Part shown: piece by piece, positions 43,886-53,281 of the stretch | Layout: every line of letters begins with the position of its first letter | Position numbering within the stretch: the stretch's first letter is position 1 | NCBI GenBank assembly: GCA_040218735.1 | Contig: JAVJQW010000018.1 | Span: 32,001 to 96,000 of the forward strand | Direction: 5' to 3' | Origin: Deltaproteobacteria bacterium | GTDB lineage: Bacteria; Myxococcota; Kuafuiibacteriia; Kuafuiibacteriales; Kuafuiibacteriaceae | DNA length: 64,000 nt | Position numbers and translations under genes: made by a program | The notes under the pieces: generated by a model | Seen by the model: the letters and a program-made list of their open reading frames with translations, nothing else | The model's database searches: none | Told to the model about the DNA's origin: nothing

Positions 43886-44374
43886 GTGCGACGCATGGCC
43901 TTCATCGCGGTGCTCCTCGGCGCCTGCGCCGGGCCGACCCAGGCGGTGGCACCCGTCGACCAGGAGCCGCACTACAGCGACGACTGGTACGTATTCCGGG
44001 CCGAGCAGCTCGGTATCGAGGTCGACGCGGCGCGAGCCCGCGACGCCGCGCTCCCCGTCGACGCGCCGCCCGAGCTGGATGCTTCGACGGCCGTCGAGGC
44101 CGCCGCGTTGTGGCGGGAGCTGTGCGCGAAGTGCCACGGCGCCGACGGCCGGGGCGTGGAGGGGGCGACCTACGACCCGCCGCCCAAGAAGTGGGGCGGC
44201 TTCGGCGTGCGCATGGGGTTCTTCTTCGGCGGCGACTCGATGCGCTCGGGGATCTACCGGCGGATCGCGGACGGGGGCGACAGCGCCGAGAAGCCGTCGG
44301 CGATGCCGGCGTTCGGTTCGACGCTGAGCCGTGAGCAGATCTGGGCCCTGGTGAAGCACATCGAGGGGTTCTAA
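43886..44374 (+). CDS. c-type cytochrome lipoprotein
   Basis: LGAC lipobox, CAKCH heme motif, AMPAFG distal Met. Confidence 0.88.
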   Translation: MRRMAFIAVLLGACAGPTQAVAPVDQEPHYSDDWYVFRAEQLGIEVDAARARDAALPVDAPPELDASTAVEAAALWRELCAKCHGADGRGVEGATYDPPPKKWGGFGVRMGFFFGGDSMRSGIYRRIADGGDSAEKPSAMPAFGSTLSREQIWALVKHIEGF

Positions 44375-44383
44375 GTTCGAGGG

Positions 44384-45928
44384 GTGCGCCGCGCGCTCCT
44401 CTTGCCGTTGCTCGCGAGCTGCACGAGCAGCGTCGACGTCCCGGTCGCGCTCGCGCCCGACGACGAAGTCCTCATCGTCGCGTTCCTCGACGACCTCGGT
44501 CGCCCGCGTCGCCTCGCCGGTCCGTACTTCCTCGAAGGTGACGCAGGGCCGGTGCTCCAGTCGTTTGCGTTGCAGGAGCGCGAGGCGCAGATGGTCTGGG
44601 GGCGCACCTCCTTCGACGCGCTCGCCGCGTCCTTCCCCGGCTTCGATCGGACGCGGGCGTCCCAGATCACGCTGTCGCTCGAAGCGTTGGAGCTCGGTCT
44701 TCGCGTCGACGCGGATCCGATCGCCGCGCGCGAAGTCGGTACGCTGCCGACGGCGACGTACGGATTGGTCGATGTGGAGGAAGGCGGGTGGTCCGCGCTG
44801 CCGGCCGACGACGATCGCGTCGTGACGTTGACGGCGCTCGTTCGGATGAGTGTCCCGGTCGACACCGAGCACTGCCGAAACCCCGTGACGGACGAGCTGG
44901 AGGTGTTCGGAACGCACGTCGATTCGGTGAGTGACTACGTCGCCGCGATCGCGGTGCTCGATCCGGATCGGGTGGTCATCGTGGCCAGCGCGGGCCTCTT
45001 CGTGTTGGAGCGGGGCGGGACGACGCAGAGGGCTGCGGGTCGGTACCTGAGTGTGGCGGACGTCGGGCTGAACGCGGAGGAGGTCTTCTTCAACAGCATC
45101 GACGTCGTCACGTCGAGCGTCGGCCACCGGGTCATGGCGACGGCGGTGCGCCTGGTTTCGGGGGATGGCGACACCGGGTTCGTCGTCGAGGCCCGCGTCG
45201 ACGGGCAAGGTGCGCTGACGGGGGCGCGCCTCGTCGCGGAGTACGAGCGGACGCGCGTGCGCGGCGGCGCCTTCGATCTCGACGGGCGCTATGCGGTGCT
45301 CGCGGACCGAGGGAAGCTGTTCTTCGAGCCGACCTCCGGCGCGGCGTTGGCTGGGACGGACATCCCGATCCCTGCCGAGTTTCTGGAGGGATCGCAGAGC
45401 CGTCGGATCATCGCGACGTCGGACCCGGAGCGTCCGTGGTTGTTCGCGACACACGATCGCATCCACGCGTTCGATGGGACGACCTTCACGAACTGGACGA
45501 TCGCGGAGCGTGAGACGGAGGTCGTCAACGTCTGGGGGCTCACGGCGTTCGACGAATCGGGGCGCGCGTGGGCGGGCGCGACCGACGGGACGATGTTCTT
45601 CTACGACGGCACGAACTGGGGCGACTTCGATTTCCTACCCGCGCCACGTTACCTGGAGTGCGCCAGCGACGGGACGATCGAGCGCCCGATCTACGCGGCC
45701 GAGACGTTGGACCTCGAGCGCGTGGACGGGCTGCTCTACATGGTCGCGAGGTCGTGCACCGGGCTCCTGACCATCGACGTGGAGACGGGCTGCACGGCCG
45801 TGGTCACGCGGCCCGGGGAGGCTTCCCCGGTGCGGAACTCGGAGGCGATCTTCACGATCACCGTCGAGGGCGATCATCTGTACGCCGGCTCGGAGGACGG
45901 GAAGGTCTACACGATGCGCGTGCGGTGA
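44384..45928 (+). CDS. Beta-rich lipoprotein, hypothetical
   Basis: LASC lipobox; propeller-like C-terminal repeats (LYAGSEDGKVY). Confidence 0.65.
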   Translation: MRRALLLPLLASCTSSVDVPVALAPDDEVLIVAFLDDLGRPRRLAGPYFLEGDAGPVLQSFALQEREAQMVWGRTSFDALAASFPGFDRTRASQITLSLEALELGLRVDADPIAAREVGTLPTATYGLVDVEEGGWSALPADDDRVVTLTALVRMSVPVDTEHCRNPVTDELEVFGTHVDSVSDYVAAIAVLDPDRVVIVASAGLFVLERGGTTQRAAGRYLSVADVGLNAEEVFFNSIDVVTSSVGHRVMATAVRLVSGDGDTGFVVEARVDGQGALTGARLVAEYERTRVRGGAFDLDGRYAVLADRGKLFFEPTSGAALAGTDIPIPAEFLEGSQSRRIIATSDPERPWLFATHDRIHAFDGTTFTNWTIAERETEVVNVWGLTAFDESGRAWAGATDGTMFFYDGTNWGDFDFLPAPRYLECASDGTIERPIYAAETLDLERVDGLLYMVARSCTGLLTIDVETGCTAVVTRPGEASPVRNSEAIFTITVEGDHLYAGSEDGKVYTMRVR

Positions 45929-45935
45929 TTCGTCG

Positions 45936-47117
45936 TTACGCCTGGGGAGCGTGCTCGTCCACGTCTTCGCGACCCATCGCGTCCGGGAGCTCGAACAGGA
46001 AACGCGACCCGACGCCGGGCGTGCTCTCGGCCCACATCCGGCCGCCGTGGCGCTCGACGATGCGTCGGCTGATGGCGAGGCCGATACCGCTTCCGCCGTA
46101 CTGGCCTCGTTCGTTGAGCCGCTGAAACATGTCGAAGATGCGGTCGGCGTGCTCCAGGTCGAAACCGATCCCGTTGTCGGCGACGCAGAACTGCCACCCG
46201 CTTTCGAGGCGCTGCGCCTCGACGCGGATCCGAGGCGCTTCCTCGCTGCGGAACTTGATCGCGTTCCCGATGAGGTTTCGGAAGAGCTGTTCGAGCTGAC
46301 TCGCGTCCGCCTGAACCGTGGGGAGCGCACCGTGCGTGACTTCGGCTTTGGACTCTTGGACCGCTACCGACAGATCGGAGATCGCCGCGCTCACGATGGC
46401 TTCGATGTCACAACGCCGGGGCCGAAGACCACTCGTGCGGATCCGCGAGTACGCGAGGACGTCGTCGATCAACAGCTTCATGCGCCGGGCGCCGTCCGCC
46501 GCGTAGGCCACGTACTTCTTGGCCCGATCGTCCAGCTGGTCACTGTGGCGACGCGACAGCAGCTCCATGTAGGACGTGACCATGCGCAGGGGCTCCTGCA
46601 GATCGTGGGACGCGACGGAAGCGAACTGTTCGAGGTCCTCGTTGGAGCGACGAAGCTCGGCGACGAGCCGCGAAAGCTCCGTCTCGCGATCGCGGCGATC
46701 GCGAGCGTCGGCGAGCTCTCGGGCGACCGCGGCGTTGAGGCGGTCGAGGTTCGCCTTGGTGAGGAAGTCCCGCGCACCTGCCCTCATGCACTCCACGGCG
46801 GCTTCCTCGCCGACGACGCCGGACACCACGATCGCCGGCGTGTACGGAGCCATCGTCCGCACGATATCGAGCGCGACGGGCGCTTCGAACCCCGGCAGGC
46901 TGTAGTCCGACAGGACGAGCTGCCAAGCCTGCTCCCCCAACGCCTCCTCGATGGCGGCGATCGTCTCGACCTGTCGGTGCGCGGGCGCGTAACCACCGCG
47001 CTCGAGCTCTCGGAGCAGGAGGTCCGTGTCACCGTCGGAGTCCTCGATGATCAACACCCGCAGCGCGTCTCTCGGAGCGGCGGACCTCTGTGGCGTACGG
47101 GGCAAGCGAGCGACCAT
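45936..47117 (-). CDS. Receiver-domain histidine kinase
   Basis: LIIED, LSDYSLPG; ASHDLQEPLR, NLIGNAIKF, DNGIG, GSGIGLAI. Confidence 0.93.
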   Translation of the reverse strand: MVARLPRTPQRSAAPRDALRVLIIEDSDGDTDLLLRELERGGYAPAHRQVETIAAIEEALGEQAWQLVLSDYSLPGFEAPVALDIVRTMAPYTPAIVVSGVVGEEAAVECMRAGARDFLTKANLDRLNAAVARELADARDRRDRETELSRLVAELRRSNEDLEQFASVASHDLQEPLRMVTSYMELLSRRHSDQLDDRAKKYVAYAADGARRMKLLIDDVLAYSRIRTSGLRPRRCDIEAIVSAAISDLSVAVQESKAEVTHGALPTVQADASQLEQLFRNLIGNAIKFRSEEAPRIRVEAQRLESGWQFCVADNGIGFDLEHADRIFDMFQRLNERGQYGGSGIGLAISRRIVERHGGRMWAESTPGVGSRFLFELPDAMGREDVDEHAPQA

Positions 47118-47187
47118 ACGGTGGGAGAGGGCGGCCGTGTCAACCTCCCCAGACCTCGACCTTCACGTCGCCGCGAGCGGGCGACGG

Positions 47188-48696
47188 TCAATCCACGCCG
47201 TAGCTCTTCAGCTTTCGCGTGAGTGTATTGCGTCCGATCCCCAGCAGACGCGCCGCGAGTGTTCGGTTGCCCTCGACTTGGTCGACGACAGCGAGGATGT
47301 GCTCGCGCTCGACGTCCTCCAGCGGGCGCACCACCGGCGGCGCCGTCGAGCCCGTGGGGCGCGGGCGGTCCGGGAGGGGGAGGTCGTCTGGCGTGATGCG
47401 GGTGCCGTCCATGATGACCACCGCGCTCTCCAGGCAGTTCTCCAGCTCGCGCACGTTGCCCGGCCACGCGTAGGCGACGAGCTTCGCGTAGGCGGCGTCC
47501 GAGATCGTCGGCACCGGGCGGCCGTGGCGCTTCGCGGCTTTCACCGTGAAGTGCTGCGCGAGCCGGCGGATGTCCGCGGCGCCGCGCTCGCGGAGCGCGG
47601 GGAGGGCGATCTGCACGACCTTGATGCGGTAGTAGAGGTCGCTCCGGAGCTCACCGTCTTGGACCTGTTTCTCCAGGTCTCGGTTCGTCGCCGCCACCAC
47701 CCGGACGTCCGTCGCGATCGTCTCGGTGCCGCCCACGCGCACGAAGTCGCGGTCCTGCAGGACGCGGAGCAGCTTGCCTTGCACCTCCAGCGGGAGCTCC
47801 CCGATCTCGTCGAGGAAGATCGTGCCGCCCTTCGCCGCGTCGAACTTCCCCGCCGCTTTCTCGTCCGCGCCCGTGAATGCGCCGCGTTCGTGGCCGAACA
47901 GCTCGTTCTCGATCAGGTTCGCCGGGAGCGCCGCGCAATCCACCTTGACGAACGGCCCGTCCGAGCGAGGTGAGTTCACGTGGATCGCGCGCGCGAACAG
48001 CTCCTTGCCGGTGCCGCTCTCACCGCGCACGAGCACCGTCGCCTCCGACGCCGCCGCCTTCGCGGTCAGGCGGCACGCCTGACGTAGCGCGTCCGCCGAA
48101 CCGACGATGCGGTTGAACTGCCCCTCCAGCGGTAGCGGCGCCTGGTCCTCCGCGGGGGCGCGCGCGAGATCCGCGTAGAGCGTCGTCGCCTCCACCGCGA
48201 GCGCGGCCTGCGCGGCGAGGCGTCGCAGCTCCGCCTCGTCCTCCAGCGGGAAGGTGCCGCCGGCTTTGTTGAGCAGCTGCACCACCCCGATGATCGCGCC
48301 GTTTGCGTCGCGCATCGGCGCCGCGAGGATCGACTCCGTCTTGTAGCCGGTCCGCGCGTCGACGCCTGCGTAGAAGCGGGCGTCGGAGCGCGTGGTCGGC
48401 ACGTTGACGACCTCGCCGGTTTGCGCGACGAACCCCGCGACGCCCTGGCCGACCTGTAGGCGGATCTCCTCCAGCTCCGGCAGGTCCGCGGCCTTCGAGA
48501 AGACCTCGCGGGTGCCGTTGTCGACGAGGTAGATCGTCCCGCGGTCGGCCTTCATCACGCCGCGGATGTGCTCGACGAGTCGTTTCAGTAGATCGTCGAT
48601 CGCGACCTCGCGGTGGAGCAGCCCTCCCACGGCGAGGAGGACCGCGCTCGAGCTCTCCGCTTCCCCGACCATCGCGCGCGCCATCGTATCAAACAT
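47188..48696 (-). CDS. GAF-domain sigma-54 enhancer-binding protein
   Basis: GAF ([15 protein letters not shown]), [24 protein letters not shown], Fis-type HTH. Confidence 0.95.
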   Translation of the reverse strand: MFDTMARAMVGEAESSSAVLLAVGGLLHREVAIDDLLKRLVEHIRGVMKADRGTIYLVDNGTREVFSKAADLPELEEIRLQVGQGVAGFVAQTGEVVNVPTTRSDARFYAGVDARTGYKTESILAAPMRDANGAIIGVVQLLNKAGGTFPLEDEAELRRLAAQAALAVEATTLYADLARAPAEDQAPLPLEGQFNRIVGSADALRQACRLTAKAAASEATVLVRGESGTGKELFARAIHVNSPRSDGPFVKVDCAALPANLIENELFGHERGAFTGADEKAAGKFDAAKGGTIFLDEIGELPLEVQGKLLRVLQDRDFVRVGGTETIATDVRVVAATNRDLEKQVQDGELRSDLYYRIKVVQIALPALRERGAADIRRLAQHFTVKAAKRHGRPVPTISDAAYAKLVAYAWPGNVRELENCLESAVVIMDGTRITPDDLPLPDRPRPTGSTAPPVVRPLEDVEREHILAVVDQVEGNRTLAARLLGIGRNTLTRKLKSYGVD

Positions 48697-49519
48697 CGAG
48701 CGTGAGCCCCTCCCGCGCCGCGAATGCGTTCACGAAGCGCGTACGCGCGTCGCTCTCCATGCGCTCGACCATCGCGTCGTCGTGCGTCGGGTCGTGGTGG
48801 AACAGCGCGAGCTGCTTCGCCCCCGCCGCCCGCGCGATCTCGGTCGCCGCGACGTACGTGGAGTGCCCCCACCCGCGGCGGCTCGGTCCCGCGCGCCCCT
48901 CGTACTCGTCCTCGGTGTACTGCGCGTCGTAGATCAGAAGATCCACGTCGCGTGCGAGGTCGAGGATCGCGTCGTCGATCTCGCCCTCCTTGTGCTCCGT
49001 GTCCGTCGCGAAACACACGGAGCGTCCGCCGGCCTCGATGCGGAAGCCGAGCGACCCCTGCGGGTGGTTCAGCGCGCGCATCGAGACGTCGAACGGGCCG
49101 GTCGAGATCACGTCGCCGCTCGCCACCGTCGTGAAGTGTTTCTCGGACGCCATCATGTCGAGCGTCACCGGGAAACACGGCGGCTTCATCTGCGCGTCGA
49201 GCGCGGCGTGGAGCGTCGTCACACCGTCCTCGTCGACCGGCCCGTACAGCTCGATCTTCGTCCCCGGCACAAACGCCGGCGAGAAGAACGGGAACCCTTG
49301 GATGTGATCCCAGTGCAGGTGCGAGAAGAAGAACGTCGTCTCCTTGCGCCCCTCACCGAGCATCTTCTGCCCGAGCGCGCGGAGCCCCGTCCCCGCGTCG
49401 AAGATGAGCTGCTTGTCACCGCAGGTGATCTCCAAGCAAGTCGTGTTGCCGCCGTAGCGCGAGAACTCGGAACCCGACGTCGCGATCGAACCGCGAACAC
49501 CCCAAAACGTCACCAGCAT
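48689..49519 (-). CDS. MBL-fold metallo-hydrolase (possible cyclic-nucleotide phosphodiesterase)
   Basis: [44 protein letters not shown]; start ATG 49519. Confidence 0.9.
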   Translation of the reverse strand: MLVTFWGVRGSIATSGSEFSRYGGNTTCLEITCGDKQLIFDAGTGLRALGQKMLGEGRKETTFFFSHLHWDHIQGFPFFSPAFVPGTKIELYGPVDEDGVTTLHAALDAQMKPPCFPVTLDMMASEKHFTTVASGDVISTGPFDVSMRALNHPQGSLGFRIEAGGRSVCFATDTEHKEGEIDDAILDLARDVDLLIYDAQYTEDEYEGRAGPSRRGWGHSTYVAATEIARAAGAKQLALFHHDPTHDDAMVERMESDARTRFVNAFAAREGLTLDV

Positions 49520-49577
49520 GTCTTTGTGCCTCCTTGTTGGTTCGAGGCGGGCCCCCACCCGTCTCGCGCAAGGTGGA

Positions 49578-49594
49578 TTGCGACAGGCGTGCCA
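49578..49594 (-). promoter_or_regulatory. Sigma-54 -24/-12 promoter
   Basis: Minus strand TGGCAC-GCCTG-TCGCAA versus consensus TGGCAC-N5-TTGC. Confidence 0.7.
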
Positions 49595-49633
49595 GCTCGC
49601 CAGGCTCGTTTCGTTGGCGATCAGTTCTGTGCA

Positions 49634-49672
49634 TCGCACCGTTCTGGTGCGAGCGCTGCACCAAAATGGTGC
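49634..49672. promoter_or_regulatory. Tandem NtrC-like upstream activator sites
   Basis: TCGCACC-gttct-GGTGCGA (49634-49652) and GCACCA-aaa-TGGTGC (49658-49672). Confidence 0.65.
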
Positions 49673-50848
49673 TCAGGGGAGGGGGGCGTCGACGAACAGC
49701 GGCGTGTCCCAGCGAAACGTCACGACGGTCACGGTGCGGTACCAGACCTTGTCGGCGCCGTCGGCGAACACGAGGTCGAGCAACCCCGACAGCTCGACGA
49801 GCCCGTAGCGCGAGGTCAGCCCGATGCGCGCGCGATGGGAGCGAGGGCCTGCGTAGATCTCGTCGCCGTCCTCGCTCACGTAGCGCGCCTCGCCGTCGGC
49901 CGGGAACCAGCCGCGCCACCCGAGCGTCAGCGCGTCGAAGAGGATGACGTCCGCGCCGACCTCCAGCCCGCGGTGCGACGACTCCGGCTCCGACGGGTTC
50001 TGGTTCACGCGCCCCTGGATGAAGGTGACGGGGAGCTCGACGTCGACGCCGTCGAGGAACGCGAGCGGCTTCGGCGTGACGTACAGCGCGAGTGTGGTGG
50101 GTTGGCGCTTCGGATCCAGGCCCAGCCGACGGACCTCTTCCTTCTGCGTGAAGAGCTGCCCGCCGTAGTGGACGAGCCGATACTGAAAGCCTGCTTCGAG
50201 CCACTTGCCCTCGTAGCTGCCGAGCACGCCGACCGCGAACTTCTCGCGGTGCACGTCGGTCTCGAGGAGCTGCCAGTCGAGGAACACCTCCGCGCGGAGC
50301 GGCTCGAGGTCCGCGATGATCTGCGCGCCGTTCTCCACGGGGAGGAACGGGTCGCCGCCGAGATCACGCGCGACGTCCGCGGGGATGCTGCGGTTGTACA
50401 GCTCCTCGTAGTTGCGCGCGTACCCGTAGCGGGGTTCGTCGACGACGGCCGGGTGGAACCCGTGCTTCGTGTCGAGGGAACCGAAGCGCATCGTCAACGC
50501 GTCGCCGAACGGGGTGATCACCACCGCGAGCAGCGGGAACGCGCCGACCTCGTCCTCGAAATCCACCGCGAACGGGAGCCGCCCCAGCACGCCCGCCTCG
50601 ATCGCGACGTGTTCGTCGTGCACCCAGCGCAGCGTGAGTGTGCCGATCGTCCCCGCGTGACCGCGTGCGACGCCGCGGGGGTGCCCCGGGTAGTCGGTGT
50701 CGAAGAGGGTGGGGCGCAGCGTCGCCGAGAGCCCGAGCCCCTCGCCGAATCGGGGTGTGTCCGCGATCGCGGCGGCGGGCGTGACGATCGCGCTCAAAAC
50801 CGCCACCGCGAGGGCGACCCCCTTTCCAAGCCTCGCGCTGGGCGTCAT
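49673..50848 (-). CDS. Putative outer-membrane beta-barrel protein
   Basis: Signal peptide (AAIA-D), alternating beta-strand pattern, FLDWQ, HYGGQ; start ATG 50848. Confidence 0.6.
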   Translation of the reverse strand: MTPSARLGKGVALAVAVLSAIVTPAAAIADTPRFGEGLGLSATLRPTLFDTDYPGHPRGVARGHAGTIGTLTLRWVHDEHVAIEAGVLGRLPFAVDFEDEVGAFPLLAVVITPFGDALTMRFGSLDTKHGFHPAVVDEPRYGYARNYEELYNRSIPADVARDLGGDPFLPVENGAQIIADLEPLRAEVFLDWQLLETDVHREKFAVGVLGSYEGKWLEAGFQYRLVHYGGQLFTQKEEVRRLGLDPKRQPTTLALYVTPKPLAFLDGVDVELPVTFIQGRVNQNPSEPESSHRGLEVGADVILFDALTLGWRGWFPADGEARYVSEDGDEIYAGPRSHRARIGLTSRYGLVELSGLLDLVFADGADKVWYRTVTVVTFRWDTPLFVDAPLP

Positions 50849-50861
50849 GCTCGACCGGCGA

Positions 50862-51701
50862 ATGATCGCGCGGTGCCCAGGCTGCTCGCAGCGCTTCCCG
50901 ATCGTGGGGAGCTGCGTGATGGCGTGCCCGTTCTGCGGGGCCGACGTGCAGGTTCGGGTGGAGCGCGCGCAGCTGGCGTCGAGCTCGAACGTCGCTTCCC
51001 GTCGCATCACGAATCGCCGGTCCGTCGGCGGACCGGTGACGATCGAGACGCTTACGGCCGAAGAAGTCCAGAAGTTGGCCGACGACGAGGTGAACGTCCT
51101 CTTCGAGTCGGCGCGTCAGGAGGCGCTGCGGCGGCATCGATCGGCGCCCGTGGAGGCCGAGCCGGCGAAGACCGCCTGGGACGTGACCTACGGCGCCGGG
51201 GCCTTCTTCGCGACGCTCGGGGAGATCCTCCGTGCGCCGCGCCGGTTCTTCGCGGAGCTCGAGGCGGGCTCGCCGGTCCCCGCCGTGCTGTTCGCCGCGC
51301 TCGTGCTGACGCCGGGCGCCGTGGCGCACGTGCTCACGCTCGACTTCTGGCTGGGGCGTTACGGTCTGGCTTCGCTCGTCCCGGTGCACGAGCTCGCCCT
51401 CGGCGTCGCGATGCTGCTGCCGCTGGCCGTGCTCTATCTCGTCGCGACGTACCACATGGGCGCGACGTTGCTGTGTCAACGCCGCTTGCGGATCTACGGC
51501 GTCGTGCGCGCGACGTGTTTCGGGCTCGCGCCGCTCCTGCTCGCGGTCATCCCGGGGGTGGGGCTCGCGATCGGGGCGCTCTGGGCGTTGGTCCTTCACT
51601 ACTTCGCGCTGCGGCGGCACCTCGGGCTCGCGGCGTGGCAGGCGTCCGTCGCGCTGTTGGTGCCGCTGGCGCCCGTCGCGGCGATCGTCGCGACGAGCTG
51701 A
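50862..51701 (+). CDS. Zn-ribbon + Yip1-like membrane protein
   Basis: CPGC...CPFCG, then TLGEILRAPRRFF and several TM helices. Confidence 0.65.
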   Translation: MIARCPGCSQRFPIVGSCVMACPFCGADVQVRVERAQLASSSNVASRRITNRRSVGGPVTIETLTAEEVQKLADDEVNVLFESARQEALRRHRSAPVEAEPAKTAWDVTYGAGAFFATLGEILRAPRRFFAELEAGSPVPAVLFAALVLTPGAVAHVLTLDFWLGRYGLASLVPVHELALGVAMLLPLAVLYLVATYHMGATLLCQRRLRIYGVVRATCFGLAPLLLAVIPGVGLAIGALWALVLHYFALRRHLGLAAWQASVALLVPLAPVAAIVATS

Positions 51702-51702
51702 C

Positions 51703-52317
51703 ATGGACACCTTCGCGCTCCCGGACGGCGTCGCGGCGTCGCACGTCGCGCTGTTCTTGGGGGTGGCGTATCTGCTCGGAGCCATCCCGTTCGGCCTGGT
51801 GCTGGCGCGGGTGATCAAGGGCATCGACGTCCGCGAGCACGGGAGCAAGAACATCGGGGCGACGAACGTCGCGCGCACCGCGGGCAAGCCGCTCGGCATC
51901 CTCACGCTCGTCCTCGACGCCGCGAAGGGCGCGGGGCCCGTGGTCTTCGCGCAACAGCAGTCCTGGGGATGGCTCGCGGCCGCGGGGGGCCTCGTCGCGG
52001 TGCTCGGCCACGTGCTCCCGGTCTACCTGAAGTTCAGGGGCGGGAAGGGCGTCGCCACGGCGGCGGGCGTCTTCGCCGCGCTGTCACCGGTCCCCACCGC
52101 GATCGCGCTCGGGGTGTTCGTGCTGGTGGTCGCGCCGTTTCGGGTGGTGAGCGCGGGTTCCCTTGCGGCCTCGGTCGCGCTCGTGGGCGCCACGGTGGCG
52201 CTCGACGAGCCGAAACCGATCGTCGGGCTGGCGGGGGTGGTGGCCGTGGTCATCTTCGTTCGCCACCGCGGCAACATCCGCCGCCTGGTGTTCGGCCAGG
52301 AAAACCGGGTCGACTGA
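51703..52317 (+). CDS. plsY: Glycerol-3-phosphate acyltransferase PlsY
   Basis: YLLGAIP, GSKNIGATN, GH..PVYLKFRGGKGVAT, RH..NI.RL..G.E. Confidence 0.96.
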   Translation: MDTFALPDGVAASHVALFLGVAYLLGAIPFGLVLARVIKGIDVREHGSKNIGATNVARTAGKPLGILTLVLDAAKGAGPVVFAQQQSWGWLAAAGGLVAVLGHVLPVYLKFRGGKGVATAAGVFAALSPVPTAIALGVFVLVVAPFRVVSAGSLAASVALVGATVALDEPKPIVGLAGVVAVVIFVRHRGNIRRLVFGQENRVD

Positions 52318-52503
52318 CCCAGATCGCCGCCCACGCGATCCGTGCAGTGCCCCGCCGAGGGTGCGCCTTGCTACCCTCCAATTGGACCGCACGACCGGAC
52401 GGTCGCGGTACTCATGTCCCGATCGTCGGTCAAAACGTGGCATCGAGGCCTCAAAGCGACCGTTTCGAGCGGGCGAATCCGCAGTGTCGGGGTCCGAATC
52501 GAG

Positions 52504-52520
52504 TTGGCACCCATCCTGCT
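52504..52520 (+). promoter_or_regulatory. Possible sigma-54 promoter
   Basis: TTGGCAC-CCATC-CTGCT just upstream of ATG 52533. Confidence 0.55.
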
Positions 52521-52532
52521 CAAGGAATCGGC

Positions 52533-53198
52533 ATGGTCATCGCGCACAACCTCACCCCCCAAGACGACGATCTCGCTCCCCGCCGCCCTGCGACGGTTCA
52601 AGCCCTCGATGCTCGCCTCTCCGTGTGGGGCCAGGCGGCCCGCGAGGCGGTCGCGAAGCGCGCCGAGGTCATCGCTCGCGGCGCCGCGCTGTACATCGAG
52701 CGCGTCGGTCGCAACGGTGAGGTGCTCCGCCCCGTCCCGCTGGACCACCGGATGGCGTTGCTGTCGACCGAGACCGACGTTCTGGTGCTCGTCGCCGCCA
52801 GCCTGATTCCCGCCGCGGTCAAGCGCTCGTGTCGGCTCCTGTGGGTCGACCCCGAGAAGCTCGCCGCCAACATGCTCGAAGACCTCCAGCCCGCGATCGA
52901 AGGCGCCCGCGCCGAGATTCGTCGCCGCCAGGCCCTCTACCGGCGCCGCGCGCGCCTGTGGCAGCACGACCCGCAGCGCCTCGACCGCCTGCGCGACGAG
53001 GTCGAGAGCCTCCGCGTTCCGCGCTCGAACGACAACGCCGCCGAGCTGGTCGCGCGTGGCCTCCTCCTCCGCCACCGCGAAGACGCGAACCTCGGCTACG
53101 AGCCGCCGACCGAGCCGCTACCCTACGCGAAGCTCCACGTCCGCGCCGGCAGCATCTCCCGCTGGATCGACCAGATCGATCACAGCCTCGACGCCTGA
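52533..53198 (+). CDS. Hypothetical protein
   Basis: From ATG 52533; host-like codon bias; no motif recognised. Confidence 0.55.
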   Translation: MVIAHNLTPQDDDLAPRRPATVQALDARLSVWGQAAREAVAKRAEVIARGAALYIERVGRNGEVLRPVPLDHRMALLSTETDVLVLVAASLIPAAVKRSCRLLWVDPEKLAANMLEDLQPAIEGARAEIRRRQALYRRRARLWQHDPQRLDRLRDEVESLRVPRSNDNAAELVARGLLLRHREDANLGYEPPTEPLPYAKLHVRAGSISRWIDQIDHSLDA

Positions 53199-53281
53199 CC
53201 TGGTCGTTATCGGCAGAGTGAATCTGCCTTCGCCGCGCTGCGCGGTCCCCTCGCGCGTCACCCATCGGCCGACGCGTCGTC

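Noticed and set aside
43487-45466. N-terminal extension making fbp 991 aa
   Set aside because: Overlaps three better-supported genes; FBPase homology starts at 43486.
48566-51814. 1082-aa plus-strand ORF
   Set aside because: Shadow of the MBL hydrolase and barrel genes; no motifs.
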